Shown piece after piece: positions 10,339 to 21,790 of a stretch of DNA of 64,000 bases (the first letter of the stretch is position 1; each line of letters starts with the position of its first letter). Source of the DNA: a virus; the IMG/VR virus record IMGVR_UViG_3300008108_000237, positions 2,377-66,376 of that record; one strand, written 5' to 3'. The translations under genes and the position numbers were made by a program. Under the pieces are notes generated by a model. That model did not search any database, had not been told where the DNA came from, and worked only from the letters and a program-made list of their open reading frames with translations.

Positions 10339-12019
10339 TCAACGGTTTAAGAGCAAAATCAAATCCTTCAAGATTATCATTGTAATTTATTCCTTCAGGA
10401 ATCAATCTGAATATTACCTGAGTATAAGGATAATGGGCTGAATTCAAATATGGATAATCAACTCCACGTCCTAAGTTGTCAATAAATCCATAGGTATAAA
10501 TATCCCTCCATCTGAACTGTTGGTCAGCATTAGAATAAAACGCCCAACTCGGTACATTGTCAATCTGCCCCAAATTAGCGGTTTCAATATAATCTGAGAA
10601 TACTTTCAGTACCATTGGGTTATGAGGGTTATAATAATAACCTGGTGAATTGGTTGAAAAATTGTTCGTAGTTTGGAATACGTCTTGATTGAATTTTACT
10701 TTGTGATAATATTTTGCGACAACCCTCTCGGTTTGTTCATAATCATTCCACTCACAGAAATCACCATCCATCGCATCACCAGCTTTCAAATCCAAATTGT
10801 AATAGAAAGTTTTTCTCACTCCATTTGATAGAGTATATGCCGACACAGGAATTGTTGTATTTGACTTTTCATTATTTAAATCCCACCATGGATTTGTATT
10901 TTTAGATAAATTGAATTCCCATCCTTGTTTTAATCCAACCCCTCTGAATGGCTGATTGAAATACCCTGAATATCCTTTATTGATTATTGTCAAACTTATT
11001 TCATTCAATGGTCTTTTTTGGTTGTCTCGTAATCCAGCAAAGTCCAAGTCATAATTTGATGTTATGTCATAAGCATTCGAACTCGATCTCTGTGAGACCC
11101 TAGTAACATTATTTGGTGTTATGGAACTATATTCCAATTTTTTTTCTTCATCGAAAACATTTTTTTCAAATCCAGCCTTTGTGATGGCTAAGTCAGTTAG
11201 ATTTGTTATGATTTTATATTTTTTTACATAGTATTTCGATTTTGTTTCAGTCAAATTACTTGGGTTTATTACCCTTCTAAAAGTTCCAATAGTTCCACTA
11301 TTAAAAGTCGATCCAGTAAATCCAATGTTAAATAAATTAAAAATGTATTCTCTACTACCAAATAATCCATTACCCAATGAGAATACCTGAAAAATATTAC
11401 TTCCTCTATAACTAAAAGAAAGTTCAACATACTCCCCTATAGTTAATCCATGAGGAGCAATACATACGAACGAAACCAAACCATTACCGTTTCGGGTTGT
11501 ACTCGTAATCGAAAAAGGAATTCCACTCGAAGCAATCCAATTCACATCGTTATTTGTTCTCGAATAATATGTAAGTTGCTTGTTTCCATCATTCTCATGT
11601 GGATATGTCAAGTAATACATCCAATTATATGTGTAAGCACTTTTCGCTTTATATTGAAAATGGTTGTCCGATACATCAGGTCTGTAAAAATCAAACTCAT
11701 AATATTGTGGGAACCCTCTCCAAATTCCACTTTCTTTTGAAGAAGATGGATTAGTATAGTATAAATTATATTGGAATGGAAGATAGTTTGTTGAACCCGT
11801 ATAAGTGTTGTCGTACAAATATGTAATCTTAAATGTTGGTCTGAATATAGTATTCGCTTGTCTTTCATCATCATAAACTTGCGCTAAGTTCAATGTTGAT
11901 GTACGATCATACTCAGTAATCTCCTGACTTTGCTGTTGGAGTGTTATTGACACTTCCTCATCTAAAGATGGAGCTCCCTTATATCTTTGACCACTAGGTA
12001 TTATTGTATACTTATTCAT
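10322..12019 (-). CDS. Hypothetical structural protein
   Basis: 565-aa ORF coupled to neighbours. 'HGLTIGEYV' resembles a beta-repeat motif of phage virion proteins. Confidence 0.6.
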   Translation of the reverse strand: MNKYTIIPSGQRYKGAPSLDEEVSITLQQQSQEITEYDRTSTLNLAQVYDDERQANTIFRPTFKITYLYDNTYTGSTNYLPFQYNLYYTNPSSSKESGIWRGFPQYYEFDFYRPDVSDNHFQYKAKSAYTYNWMYYLTYPHENDGNKQLTYYSRTNNDVNWIASSGIPFSITSTTRNGNGLVSFVCIAPHGLTIGEYVELSFSYRGSNIFQVFSLGNGLFGSREYIFNLFNIGFTGSTFNSGTIGTFRRVINPSNLTETKSKYYVKKYKIITNLTDLAITKAGFEKNVFDEEKKLEYSSITPNNVTRVSQRSSSNAYDITSNYDLDFAGLRDNQKRPLNEISLTIINKGYSGYFNQPFRGVGLKQGWEFNLSKNTNPWWDLNNEKSNTTIPVSAYTLSNGVRKTFYYNLDLKAGDAMDGDFCEWNDYEQTERVVAKYYHKVKFNQDVFQTTNNFSTNSPGYYYNPHNPMVLKVFSDYIETANLGQIDNVPSWAFYSNADQQFRWRDIYTYGFIDNLGRGVDYPYLNSAHYPYTQVIFRLIPEGINYNDNLEGFDFALKPLIDECE

Positions 12020-15000
12020 CTACAGAATATTTCCTTTTGAATTTATCTAAAGCTGTCTCTCCTAAAACGGTTCCGAAATAGAATTGGAATGGTGCCCCAA
12101 CAACAAATTTTTGTTTTAAAGCTCCAGTCGCAGAATACGTTCCATCTCCAACTGTTCCGTTTACATTGAATATGTATCCACGTGCATTCAAATCGTTCGA
12201 CTCAGAGTTGTTACTCCAAAAATATGGTGTGTCTGGAGAATATCTGTCCAATGATTGGAATCTCGAGTTTTGAACAATATCAGAAAATGAAGTTGCCCAG
12301 TCATTATACTGATTACCAAATATTAGATTAGTATTATTCAATTTCCATTGATAAAATGGTACAATTTGAGATTTGATTCCATATGGATATGGATAATATC
12401 CTACATCATCTGTCCCTCTGAAATTGATTCTTCCTGGAGTCAAATAATCTTTGGTTTGCAAATCCTCAGTTGTTGAAGAAAACCATACAGCAATTGTTGG
12501 ATTACTTGCGGTTCCTAATATTTGTGTAGGTTGGTTGGTCGCACCAGAGACACTATCATAATATTCTGGAGAATAGTTGATATTTCCGATTTCACTATTG
12601 ATAGACATAAGTTGAGCAAGGTCACCATCAATTCTTTTTTGGCGTCTTGAGAATAACTGATTTATTCCATTGTCTCCCGAAGAAATTAAATCCCTCAAAA
12701 ATTTATCATCCGTTATTCTCGAAATCACAAATAAGTTCACCAAATCTGACGTGTCACCATAACTAGTTGGATTGATGTTAGGGATAATGTAACCTCTTGT
12801 TGATGTATCAAAAGTAATTTCAGAATAAAAATAATCTTTCATCCCCATGTTTATTACTGTTGTAGGGAACAATAAGTTCACAGTGTTAAGAGAATTAACG
12901 TTGTTTGTCAACTTCCCGACAAATTTGTTTGTTGTAAGATTATACGGACTACTTCTATAATAAAAATTGTTACTATCTCTATTATAATAAACTACATCTT
13001 CACAAAACCTTACTTGACTTATTTGATTTTGTTTGTTGTAAAAAGTGTCTACTTGTATTGGGAAGAAATATAATGAACCATTAATCCAATTATTCATGAA
13101 AGACTGAGATAAGACTCCTCTACACAATCCATAGAAAAATCTGAATCTGTATGCCCACTCATTAAAATTACTTATATCTTTTGATAAGTCAGTTCCAGGT
13201 TTTCGAAGGAACATATAACATCCCTCTTCAACCGCATCTTTGGTTGTACATTCTTGGTTTATTTCGAAATCACTTCCAAACCCTGTATAACAACTTAACC
13301 CTACCATGTTTTCACAATTGAAAGAAGACAAAACTGTCAAATAATTTGGTTGACCTTCAATGTCTGGAGTCACTATTTCAGCCCCCGTGCTATATGACGC
13401 TAAATCAATTGGTTGGTCAGCATCAATAATCTGATAGAATGTAAAATTATTATTTTGTTGTAACAATGCGGGGTTTGTTTGCCATGAACTTCCATTTAGA
13501 CTATCCGATGATGGTAATCTATCAGTTCTCATGACATTTATAACTTTTGATGAAATCGACATAGGATTTGCCGATAAAGAAGGATACGCATTCGGAGTGG
13601 CATATTGATAGATTACATCTCGATAATTGAAATTAACTGCTAGTAATGTTGCAATCAACGCTCCAACTGCAAAAATACCAACAACAAATGGGAATAAAAA
13701 TGGAATTGCCGCCAATGGTAATATTGAAGCAGAAGACCCCAAAATTACCGCTGACAATGGATTCAATGAAAATGCAGTTATATTTGAAAAAATATAAGAC
13801 GCACCAGATACATCCTCGGATTCATCGTATTTTGCAGAGTTTTGATTTGGTGAATAGAAATCATTATTTGTCCTACTCACTACACCAGTCACTCCACCTA
13901 TATTTTTATCGTTCAATCCTCTAACTCCACTAGTATTTGCATCTAAGCTTCCATAATAACCGACAGTTGAAGTTGTGAATCCAGAAAAGTTGTCACCTGG
14001 AGTAAAAAAGTATGAAGGATAAAACATACCATTCTGATTAAATGGTTGCACAGAAATATTGGTCTGTGTCAATTTTTGAATAGGAATATTCAATCTAGTT
14101 TGAGCAGTAATTGTTAAACTTGAATCGTCTATGTTTTTTCCGAAAATTCTACCTAATGAATACTGATTGGTGTACTTAGGTGAATACGGGTCAACTCCTC
14201 GTTGGAGTATAAGAATATATTGGTTTTCAATGTCAGTGAAAGCATCCAAAGGACTGATAAGAAAATCTTTATCATTTCTACTATATCCTCTTACCGCTCT
14301 TTTTCTAGCTAAAATTAATCTTGAAGGAGCTGCGATTACATTTGGAAAACATTCCAAAGTTTCTACGTTCCATATTTTTATTGCATCCGCTACAGTAATT
14401 GCCGTAATTACTTGGAAGTATTCTCTATCTTGCGGATATATTTGTCTTGTTATAGTACTACCAGTTGGTAATGTATATAATACAGTTTGGTCAGTTGTTT
14501 GGGTTACAGCATAATCAACATTTATTGTTGTAGCTTGTTGTATTGTAGTACCTGTTATTCCATTCACAACCCCGTTGACAGTTTCAGCAGTATATAAAAA
14601 ATTTCTATCTGTCGTAGTTGCAGGATTGACAGATGTCAACAATTGTCCCGACTCATAAAATTGATTCGAAAGAACCGTAATCGTATTATCATAGTGAAAC
14701 TTTCCGAAATTGGAATTTTGTGCAAAAGTGACTTTTATTTTATTAAGGTTGTCAAAATAAGTGTTTCTTGTATTGAACACGTTAATACGTTCACCTAAAG
14801 TAAGACTTTCAGAAAATGCAAAATGTTTTCTCTCATCAGATTCCTCTGATAAGAATCTAACAACAGATGACTTTGGTGTTTTGAATAATGAAAGGTCTGA
14901 CACGGAATCATTATTTCCTGCCAACGCTTGTGCAAAAATTGAAGATTTTATTTGAACATCTTCGGACGGTGTTCCATCTTGTCCAAAAATTGTTTCGAAT

Positions 15001-16853
15001 CCTTCAAAATAACTTGGAGGAAATGAAACATAAGACAGTACACCCCTTGTTCCTCCTAATAATGCCTGAGAATCAATTTTGGTCTCAGCACATGAACAAG
15101 ATTGACATTCAGGGTAAGTAATCATTGGAAGTCTAATAGTGAAGTTTTTGGTCTCACACCGTAAACCAGTTTCGTTACAAATAAAACCAAAAGGTCTTAC
15201 CTTAATAACGGGGATTTCAACACCACAAAGAAAACACAATGCTTGTATTACTATTGTATAGATAAACAAAAGTAAATGTGAGACAATAAGTAATACTAAC
15301 CCCACAAATTGTAAAACTGTGAATATAATTGAAAATAGAAAAAATAACAAATCGAAATTTTTGAAGCCATCGTTGACTGGAAATTTATTTGTTGTACTAT
15401 CACAACTGTTGTCATCTATCTCTTTAATCCCAATGAATCTACCCGTACCTCCTTTTTTATATTGGTCAATCAATGATGATATAGTATAAACTCTGTTGAA
15501 TTGAAATTCGTAGAAAGTGTCCTCACAATCAATTATTTCATTGAGTCTATCTATTCGTTCCGTTCCAGTAAATCCATTTGTATATCCTGTCCATGCCAAT
15601 CCGAAGTAATACGAACTTTCTTGTAAGTCTCTCGCAGTTTGACTTGAATTTGTTGGGTCTAAAGTTGAACTCTGCCAACCATATTCTTTCACATTCGGAA
15701 TCAAATAATTTGGTCTTCTTGTTTGAGCAGTCAAATCTCTCGACTGAGTCCATTTTACTTTGAACCTATATTTTGCTTTGGTGGGTATTCCCAACGTTGC
15801 ATCATTGGACAATACTCTCTCACCAAATTCATTAGTGATTATATAGTCCAAATTCATTGGTAATTCGGTCAACCACGTACCATCCCCATCAATTACGTTT
15901 CCCGCTTGTTCTAACTCATAAACCTCCAATACAGGATTTCCATCCTCATCTTGTTGTATAGTTTGTCGAATTGCTAATATTTGTCCAGGTCCTGATGTTA
16001 AACCACAAAGGTTTCCCATGTTGTCTTTAGGTCTACAATTTCTTCTTATCCTGACATTATCAGGAGAAGAAAACATTGAACCCATGAAAACAGCTGTCGG
16101 TTGAATGTCTACATTTGCATCATCTCTCAAGTCAAAATCCAACCTGTTGATGGATATTTGACAAATCTCAGGGTCCCCCCATAAAGGAGATACTTCGAGA
16201 GTTTTTGTCAAGTTTATAATTTGAGGAAGGGAATTCAAATCAGTTGAACTTCTGAATTTATTTCCTGCAACTTGAGCTTCCGTGGCTAATCCAATTCTAA
16301 CTAAATCTTGTGGAGTAAGAGAAAATTCTCCTATGTCTGACAAGTCCACATCCATCACAACTGTTTGAGTTCCGAGAGGAACCCCCATAATCATGTAATC
16401 ACCACTATCATTAGTTTTGGATGTAAATCTGTAATATTTGTCATAAATTTCAACAGTAGTACTTCCTGTCAATACATCAGGACGAGATGGTAAAGTACCT
16501 GTTGCAGCATGTTTGGAGTATGAAGGTGTGTATGGAAGTAGATTATATCTATATCCGTCTTCATTTTTATCGGTTGGAGATTTGTAGGGATATATAGATG
16601 TAATTAATGGATTAGATTCATCGACTTGTTCAATCGGAATAAAAATAGAAACCCTTGCATTCGGTAATCCAAATCCATTGTTTGCCGTTACTCTACCAAC
16701 TAACACACCATAGTCTGCACAACTTCTTGTGTAGATGTCTGTTTGTTGTATTTTGAGAGATAAAATTTCTAAGAACTCAAACTCTTGGTCTAACTGTACG
16801 TTGATTGATTTGTTTATACCAAGTTCGGTCTTAATTCTATATGAATCACCCAT
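12012..16853 (-). CDS. Large structural protein with N-terminal carboxypeptidase-regulatory-like fold and hydrophobic segments
   Basis: 1613 aa with 'GVLVGRV...GLPNARVSI...TNDSGDYMIMGVPLG' and two long hydrophobic stretches. TATTTAT upstream. Confidence 0.6.
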   Translation of the reverse strand: MGDSYRIKTELGINKSINVQLDQEFEFLEILSLKIQQTDIYTRSCADYGVLVGRVTANNGFGLPNARVSIFIPIEQVDESNPLITSIYPYKSPTDKNEDGYRYNLLPYTPSYSKHAATGTLPSRPDVLTGSTTVEIYDKYYRFTSKTNDSGDYMIMGVPLGTQTVVMDVDLSDIGEFSLTPQDLVRIGLATEAQVAGNKFRSSTDLNSLPQIINLTKTLEVSPLWGDPEICQISINRLDFDLRDDANVDIQPTAVFMGSMFSSPDNVRIRRNCRPKDNMGNLCGLTSGPGQILAIRQTIQQDEDGNPVLEVYELEQAGNVIDGDGTWLTELPMNLDYIITNEFGERVLSNDATLGIPTKAKYRFKVKWTQSRDLTAQTRRPNYLIPNVKEYGWQSSTLDPTNSSQTARDLQESSYYFGLAWTGYTNGFTGTERIDRLNEIIDCEDTFYEFQFNRVYTISSLIDQYKKGGTGRFIGIKEIDDNSCDSTTNKFPVNDGFKNFDLLFFLFSIIFTVLQFVGLVLLIVSHLLLFIYTIVIQALCFLCGVEIPVIKVRPFGFICNETGLRCETKNFTIRLPMITYPECQSCSCAETKIDSQALLGGTRGVLSYVSFPPSYFEGFETIFGQDGTPSEDVQIKSSIFAQALAGNNDSVSDLSLFKTPKSSVVRFLSEESDERKHFAFSESLTLGERINVFNTRNTYFDNLNKIKVTFAQNSNFGKFHYDNTITVLSNQFYESGQLLTSVNPATTTDRNFLYTAETVNGVVNGITGTTIQQATTINVDYAVTQTTDQTVLYTLPTGSTITRQIYPQDREYFQVITAITVADAIKIWNVETLECFPNVIAAPSRLILARKRAVRGYSRNDKDFLISPLDAFTDIENQYILILQRGVDPYSPKYTNQYSLGRIFGKNIDDSSLTITAQTRLNIPIQKLTQTNISVQPFNQNGMFYPSYFFTPGDNFSGFTTSTVGYYGSLDANTSGVRGLNDKNIGGVTGVVSRTNNDFYSPNQNSAKYDESEDVSGASYIFSNITAFSLNPLSAVILGSSASILPLAAIPFLFPFVVGIFAVGALIATLLAVNFNYRDVIYQYATPNAYPSLSANPMSISSKVINVMRTDRLPSSDSLNGSSWQTNPALLQQNNNFTFYQIIDADQPIDLASYSTGAEIVTPDIEGQPNYLTVLSSFNCENMVGLSCYTGFGSDFEINQECTTKDAVEEGCYMFLRKPGTDLSKDISNFNEWAYRFRFFYGLCRGVLSQSFMNNWINGSLYFFPIQVDTFYNKQNQISQVRFCEDVVYYNRDSNNFYYRSSPYNLTTNKFVGKLTNNVNSLNTVNLLFPTTVINMGMKDYFYSEITFDTSTRGYIIPNINPTSYGDTSDLVNLFVISRITDDKFLRDLISSGDNGINQLFSRRQKRIDGDLAQLMSINSEIGNINYSPEYYDSVSGATNQPTQILGTASNPTIAVWFSSTTEDLQTKDYLTPGRINFRGTDDVGYYPYPYGIKSQIVPFYQWKLNNTNLIFGNQYNDWATSFSDIVQNSRFQSLDRYSPDTPYFWSNNSESNDLNARGYIFNVNGTVGDGTYSATGALKQKFVVGAPFQFYFGTVLGETALDKFKRKYSVDE

Positions 16854-16950
16854 CTATTGTCTTTAGTTTATAAATACTTTATGTGTAATTTTTCAAAGTA
16901 TGAATACACACATCATAAATTATAGACCAAACTGATAGATAATAAACCTA

Positions 16951-18789
16951 TTACGATAATGTTGTAGATTGGTAATTTATAACCGAAACTTTAATATCCT
17001 TATTTGGATATCGAATTTGGTAAACTTGAGAAGGTTGTGCAAAGATTGTTGCGTTGGTAGGTGCAATTTGTCTTGTTTCAGGATCGGAATATTCCATGGA
17101 AGTTTCTGCTGATGAATATTGCCCACCAACATTATTGAAAATCTTAATCGAAGACACACTCAATACCCCATTTTGATTTTGAACAATACTTTGTATTTCA
17201 GACAGATATACATTTTGTCCCAGTTCTCTTACTTGAGGGTTAAAATATGTAGAAATTCTGTCAACTATGTCAGCAATTACTTGCCCCGAGTTTTGTGCTG
17301 CTGTTAAGACAACTTGAACTTCGACACTCAAATCAATTACTTCAGCTGTGAAAATTGATATATAATCATTCATCATTCTGTAGTTGGATAGATATGTTGC
17401 AATATTCTGTCTCAAAGTATTTGAAACGATATTTGTCAACTTACCCGAAGTATCGTAAGATAATAACTGAATCAATATTTTATTATTGTTTTCAGTCACA
17501 GATACTTTTGCAGGTGCTCCAAACTCTGAAGGCATGTTTCTAATAATTGACTCATAATCTTGTACTGTCACGGCTCTCTTCTGTGCTGAGAAGTTGAACG
17601 AAACATAATTTCTTATTTCTTCAAGTGACGGTAATCCCGCTCCACCGATTGCCGCAGTAACGTTGTTACATCTCAAAGAATTGACAACTGAAGAGTTTGT
17701 AAGTTCAGATGGTCCATTAACAAAGAATGATACTGTTCCAATTTGTGTAATAACGTTAGTCCCCAAGTTTGTTCCTAATCCTCCACCAACTCTATATTGA
17801 ACAAATAGTGTAGAGTTAGGACTCAAAGCTGAACCCAAAGATAAATTATTAGAATACCTTTGAAGGTCTATGGTTGCTCCTACAGTTGTGAATTGGTCCA
17901 ATGCATCCTGAGCGGTGTTCGTTCCTCCTCCAAATGTTAGTTTCTTAAATCCCTCAGGAGTATATTCACTAATGAATCTGTTTGATGTTTGGATATATCT
18001 TCCTACCTTAATACCAGGTTGGTCTGAAACTTTTGTCGGGTCCTCAATGAAAACTCTGTCTTCAGCTAAGGCGTCCACTTCATACCATTTGTTAGGTGAA
18101 CCCAAAAATTCTGCGACAGTTGGTATATTTGTATATTCCGTTCCACTCTTTAATAAAACACTTGTAATACCCAGAACATTTTTTTCAGGTAAAAACAATT
18201 CGAAGAATGGCTTCACATCATTAGGAGTGATTACTCTCTTGAATACTTTGGTAATTCCATTTACAACAAGTTCTCTTTTTGTGATTGTGTAATTGATAAT
18301 CACGTTGTTGGCGTTTCGATTTGGAATCTTCAATCTATTCGGAAAACCTTGTGCGTTATATGGTGAAGAAAAATCAACATCATATATGTTTTCAAACACA
18401 ATACCCGCACCTGAGACTTGTGAACCTCTTGCTAAAACTCCCAAGTATCTTTCATCTTCTTTATCACCAAATACAGGAACAGTAATCGAAAAATCTACTA
18501 AGGCTACGGATGGTCTTTGACCAGGTAATTTTAATCCATAAGTTCTTGCAATGTTATAAATTGAAGACCTTTGTTGTGCGTATTGTAATACAGTTTCTTG
18601 AATACTTCTATCAATATGATAGTGTAAGTTGTCTGCAACAGCAGCATTCAAATCCAAAAACACTGAAAATACAGATGCATCATTAAAATCCTGTATAAGT
18701 TCAGGATAATAAGTTCTTACATAGTTGAGTAACTCAGTTCTTATTCCCTGATAGTCTCTGGTGGTATATGAAATTTTACGATTTGCCAT
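16951..18789 (-). CDS. Baseplate wedge subunit (T4 gp6 / baseplate J-like)
   Basis: 'YTTRDYQGIR...DF...YRVGGG...AAIGG...EEIR...AQKRAVTVQDY' motifs. Adjacent to a gp25-like gene. Confidence 0.85.
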   Translation of the reverse strand: MANRKISYTTRDYQGIRTELLNYVRTYYPELIQDFNDASVFSVFLDLNAAVADNLHYHIDRSIQETVLQYAQQRSSIYNIARTYGLKLPGQRPSVALVDFSITVPVFGDKEDERYLGVLARGSQVSGAGIVFENIYDVDFSSPYNAQGFPNRLKIPNRNANNVIINYTITKRELVVNGITKVFKRVITPNDVKPFFELFLPEKNVLGITSVLLKSGTEYTNIPTVAEFLGSPNKWYEVDALAEDRVFIEDPTKVSDQPGIKVGRYIQTSNRFISEYTPEGFKKLTFGGGTNTAQDALDQFTTVGATIDLQRYSNNLSLGSALSPNSTLFVQYRVGGGLGTNLGTNVITQIGTVSFFVNGPSELTNSSVVNSLRCNNVTAAIGGAGLPSLEEIRNYVSFNFSAQKRAVTVQDYESIIRNMPSEFGAPAKVSVTENNNKILIQLLSYDTSGKLTNIVSNTLRQNIATYLSNYRMMNDYISIFTAEVIDLSVEVQVVLTAAQNSGQVIADIVDRISTYFNPQVRELGQNVYLSEIQSIVQNQNGVLSVSSIKIFNNVGGQYSSAETSMEYSDPETRQIAPTNATIFAQPSQVYQIRYPNKDIKVSVINYQSTTLS

Positions 18790-18794
18790 CTATA

Positions 18795-19265
18795 TTAAAT
18801 ATTGATAATAACAAAATCATTTTGAGCGAAAGTCGATCTGTTATTTGAATAATCTATTCTAATTTTTGCAGTGTATTCGGATGTCCCTTTACCTGGTAAT
18901 CTGTATATTGGAGATTCACTTGTTCCAATAGTATTCTCACCCAACATAGTATCAACTTCTAACTCAGGGTCTGCTGGAGTTATTGAAATCTGATTCAAGA
19001 GTAGATTTGGCATGAATGTTTGAACCGCTTCTCTAATATCAGATTGTATTGCGTCGAATGTCAATCCATCGAAAGGTTCAAATAAGAATTCATATAATCT
19101 TGTACCAAATGTTGGTAAATAATATCTACTTCCTTTTCTCGTTAAAAGAAGGTGAATCAGATCAGATTTTATCTGTTGGGATTCCAACTGAGTAAGCTCC
19201 AAGTAATCTCCTCGTCTAGAATCTCTGAATGGAAAATTAATACCGTATGTAACTCCGTTTGCCAT
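18795..19265 (-). CDS. Baseplate wedge protein, gp25/GpW-like
   Basis: 'IKSDLIHLLLTRKGSRYYLPTFGTRLYEFLFEP' gp25 signature. Confidence 0.88.
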   Translation of the reverse strand: MANGVTYGINFPFRDSRRGDYLELTQLESQQIKSDLIHLLLTRKGSRYYLPTFGTRLYEFLFEPFDGLTFDAIQSDIREAVQTFMPNLLLNQISITPADPELEVDTMLGENTIGTSESPIYRLPGKGTSEYTAKIRIDYSNNRSTFAQNDFVIINI

Positions 19266-19316
19266 AAAGATAAATATAAGTCCCTTGTTTTTCCTTATAA
19301 ATAGCCCAAAATAAAA

Positions 19317-19337
19317 AATCCCGAATTACTCGGGATT
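19317..19337 (-). terminator. Intrinsic terminator after nrdA
   Basis: Inverted repeat aatcccga/tcgggatt, 5-nt loop, followed by a U-run on the minus strand. Confidence 0.75.
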
Positions 19338-19347
19338 AATTATTTAA

Positions 19348-21774
19348 TTAAGAAGAACAACCGAAACATTCAATTTCAATTCCTTCAGGTTTGGGTGGTA
19401 AATTCATACTACTATAATCAACCTTCGGAACTTCTACAACAGGTTTAGGTTTTTGAACTTTAGATACATCCAAAGCTAAATGTTTAGCACCCGTTGAAAT
19501 TGCTTTTGTTCTAACATAGTAACAAAGAGTCTTCAAACCTTTTTCCCACGAATGGAAGTGAGATGAAGTAATCTTAGACAATGTAGGGTTAGACATATAG
19601 ATATTCATAGATTGAGATTGGTCTATAAATGGTGCTCTGTCCGCCGCCATATTGATAAGTTCTCTTTGTGAAATTTCCCAAATGGTTTTGTACTTTGGAA
19701 TAAGATGTTCAATCCTTTTAACTTTTTTATTGTAGTTCTTGTCTTCAATATCAAGATACTGATTGAAATTAATGTTTTGAATTGAACCTTCATTCAATAT
19801 AATTTCATTTTTCAAATCTTCACACCAAATACCAATCTTCTCAAAATCATTGATTAAGTATTTGTTTACAATCATAATCTCACCACCTACAACTCTTCGG
19901 TTAAATAACGCTGAGTGTGCTGGTTCTGTCATTTCGAATGAACCAGTGATTTTTGCTGAGGAAGCTACTGGCATCTGAGCGGTGAACAATGAGTTACAAA
20001 CTCCATATTCCTGAACATCTTTCTTCAACGGTTCCCAATCCAAAAACAAATCAGAATCTTTGATTCCCCACATGTCAAATTGGAAAATACCTTTTGACAT
20101 CGGAGACCCTTTGAAGAACTCATAAGGTTTTCTAACTCCTCTCTTACATAAATCATTACTTTCTGTAATCGCTGCGAAATAAATTGCTTCGAAGATATTC
20201 TTATTTAATGATTGTGCTTCTTCTGAAGTAAAGATGTAATCCATAAGACAGAAAACATCAGCAAGTCCTTGAACTCCAATACCAATTGCTCTTTGTTCAA
20301 GACCACCTTTCAATCCTTTGGAGGTTGAATAGTTGTTTTTGTCAATAACATTGTTCAAAGCTCTTACTGCCTTTCTTACTTCTTGGATAAGAAGAGAGTA
20401 ATCGAATTTACCATCGACAACAAAGTTCTTCAAAACAATTGATGAAAGAGTACAAATCGCCGTGGTTTGTTCGTCAGTGTATTGATAGATTTCATTACAA
20501 AGATTGGATTGTTTAATTACTCCAATGTTTTGATGATTTGATTTCTTGTTCGCACTGTCCTTAGCACATAGATAAGGAACACCCGTCTCAACTTGAGATT
20601 CAATTACTTTGGTCCAAATCTCTTGAGCTTTAACTTTTCTTCCAAGACCAGCGTCGACAGCCATTTGGTAATTTTTCTCATATTCGTCACCAAAACATTC
20701 TTGAAGAGGTTTAATTCCCGCTTTGATAATATCGTTAGGACAGAACAAATACCAATCCTCATTGTTCTTCACCGCTCTCATAAAATTGTCAGGAATCCAC
20801 AAAGCGGTAAATAAATCTCTCGCTCTCAATTCTTCTGCGCCTGTATTCTTTTTGATGTCTAACAAATCAAAAATGTCTTTATGCCATGGTTCCAAATAAA
20901 TCGCCGCACTACCAGGTCTTCTACCTTGTTGATTGAAAAATCTCAAAGACTCATTTACGATTTTCAAGTATTTTAATAATCCACCCGCAAATCCACCAGA
21001 TGATTTAATTCTACTTTCTTTACTTCGGATGTTTGACATACACAATCCAATACCAGCGGCATCAGATGAATAAGTTGATATATCATTCAAAGTTTTCAAA
21101 AGTCCATCTCTTGAATCTGAATTATTATAATGTAAAACACAAGACGCTAATTGAGGAACTTTGGTTCCTGAATTAATCATGATTGGTGTTGCCTTCGAAA
21201 TACGTTGACTTGAAAGGGAATCATAATATTCCACAGCCTCTTCGAATGAATTAGTAACCCACAAAGCAACTCTCATGTACATGTGTTGTGGTCTTTCGAC
21301 CACTTTACCTTGAGGTGTTTTTAACAAATACATTTCCTGTAAAGATCTCCAAGCAAAATAATCAAAGTTATAATCATTCTCATGATTGATTACATCATCA
21401 ATTTTTTGTGGGCCATATCTTTCAATAATCTCAATCAACTCATCGTGAACTACTCCATCAACATGTAATGAATGCATCACATTTGAGAAACTTGGGTCAC
21501 TATCTTTGTGATAGGATGAAATAGCGACGGACGCTGCAAGTCTTGAATAATCATAGTGACTTCCTGTATAAGAAGCCGCAATTTCATAAACAAGTTTATC
21601 TAACTCCTTTGTAGTAATGTTTCCTTCAGTTGGTACAGATGTAATAACTTTGATGAAAATTTCATCAGAGTTCACGGTCAGACCTTTCGAAGCTCTTTTA
21701 ATTCTATTGTAAATTTTTTGGGGATTGAAAGACACATCTTCCCCACCTCTTTTTTTAATTTTTAACGACATCAT
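19348..21774 (-). CDS. nrdA: Class Ia ribonucleotide reductase alpha subunit with ATP cone
   Basis: N-terminal ATP cone, 'QLASC', 'SNLCNEI', 'MPVASS', 'KTLCYYVRT' and C-terminal CxxC. Confidence 0.96.
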   Translation of the reverse strand: MMSLKIKKRGGEDVSFNPQKIYNRIKRASKGLTVNSDEIFIKVITSVPTEGNITTKELDKLVYEIAASYTGSHYDYSRLAASVAISSYHKDSDPSFSNVMHSLHVDGVVHDELIEIIERYGPQKIDDVINHENDYNFDYFAWRSLQEMYLLKTPQGKVVERPQHMYMRVALWVTNSFEEAVEYYDSLSSQRISKATPIMINSGTKVPQLASCVLHYNNSDSRDGLLKTLNDISTYSSDAAGIGLCMSNIRSKESRIKSSGGFAGGLLKYLKIVNESLRFFNQQGRRPGSAAIYLEPWHKDIFDLLDIKKNTGAEELRARDLFTALWIPDNFMRAVKNNEDWYLFCPNDIIKAGIKPLQECFGDEYEKNYQMAVDAGLGRKVKAQEIWTKVIESQVETGVPYLCAKDSANKKSNHQNIGVIKQSNLCNEIYQYTDEQTTAICTLSSIVLKNFVVDGKFDYSLLIQEVRKAVRALNNVIDKNNYSTSKGLKGGLEQRAIGIGVQGLADVFCLMDYIFTSEEAQSLNKNIFEAIYFAAITESNDLCKRGVRKPYEFFKGSPMSKGIFQFDMWGIKDSDLFLDWEPLKKDVQEYGVCNSLFTAQMPVASSAKITGSFEMTEPAHSALFNRRVVGGEIMIVNKYLINDFEKIGIWCEDLKNEIILNEGSIQNINFNQYLDIEDKNYNKKVKRIEHLIPKYKTIWEISQRELINMAADRAPFIDQSQSMNIYMSNPTLSKITSSHFHSWEKGLKTLCYYVRTKAISTGAKHLALDVSKVQKPKPVVEVPKVDYSSMNLPPKPEGIEIECFGCSS

Positions 21775-21790
21775 ATATATTAACCCTTTA

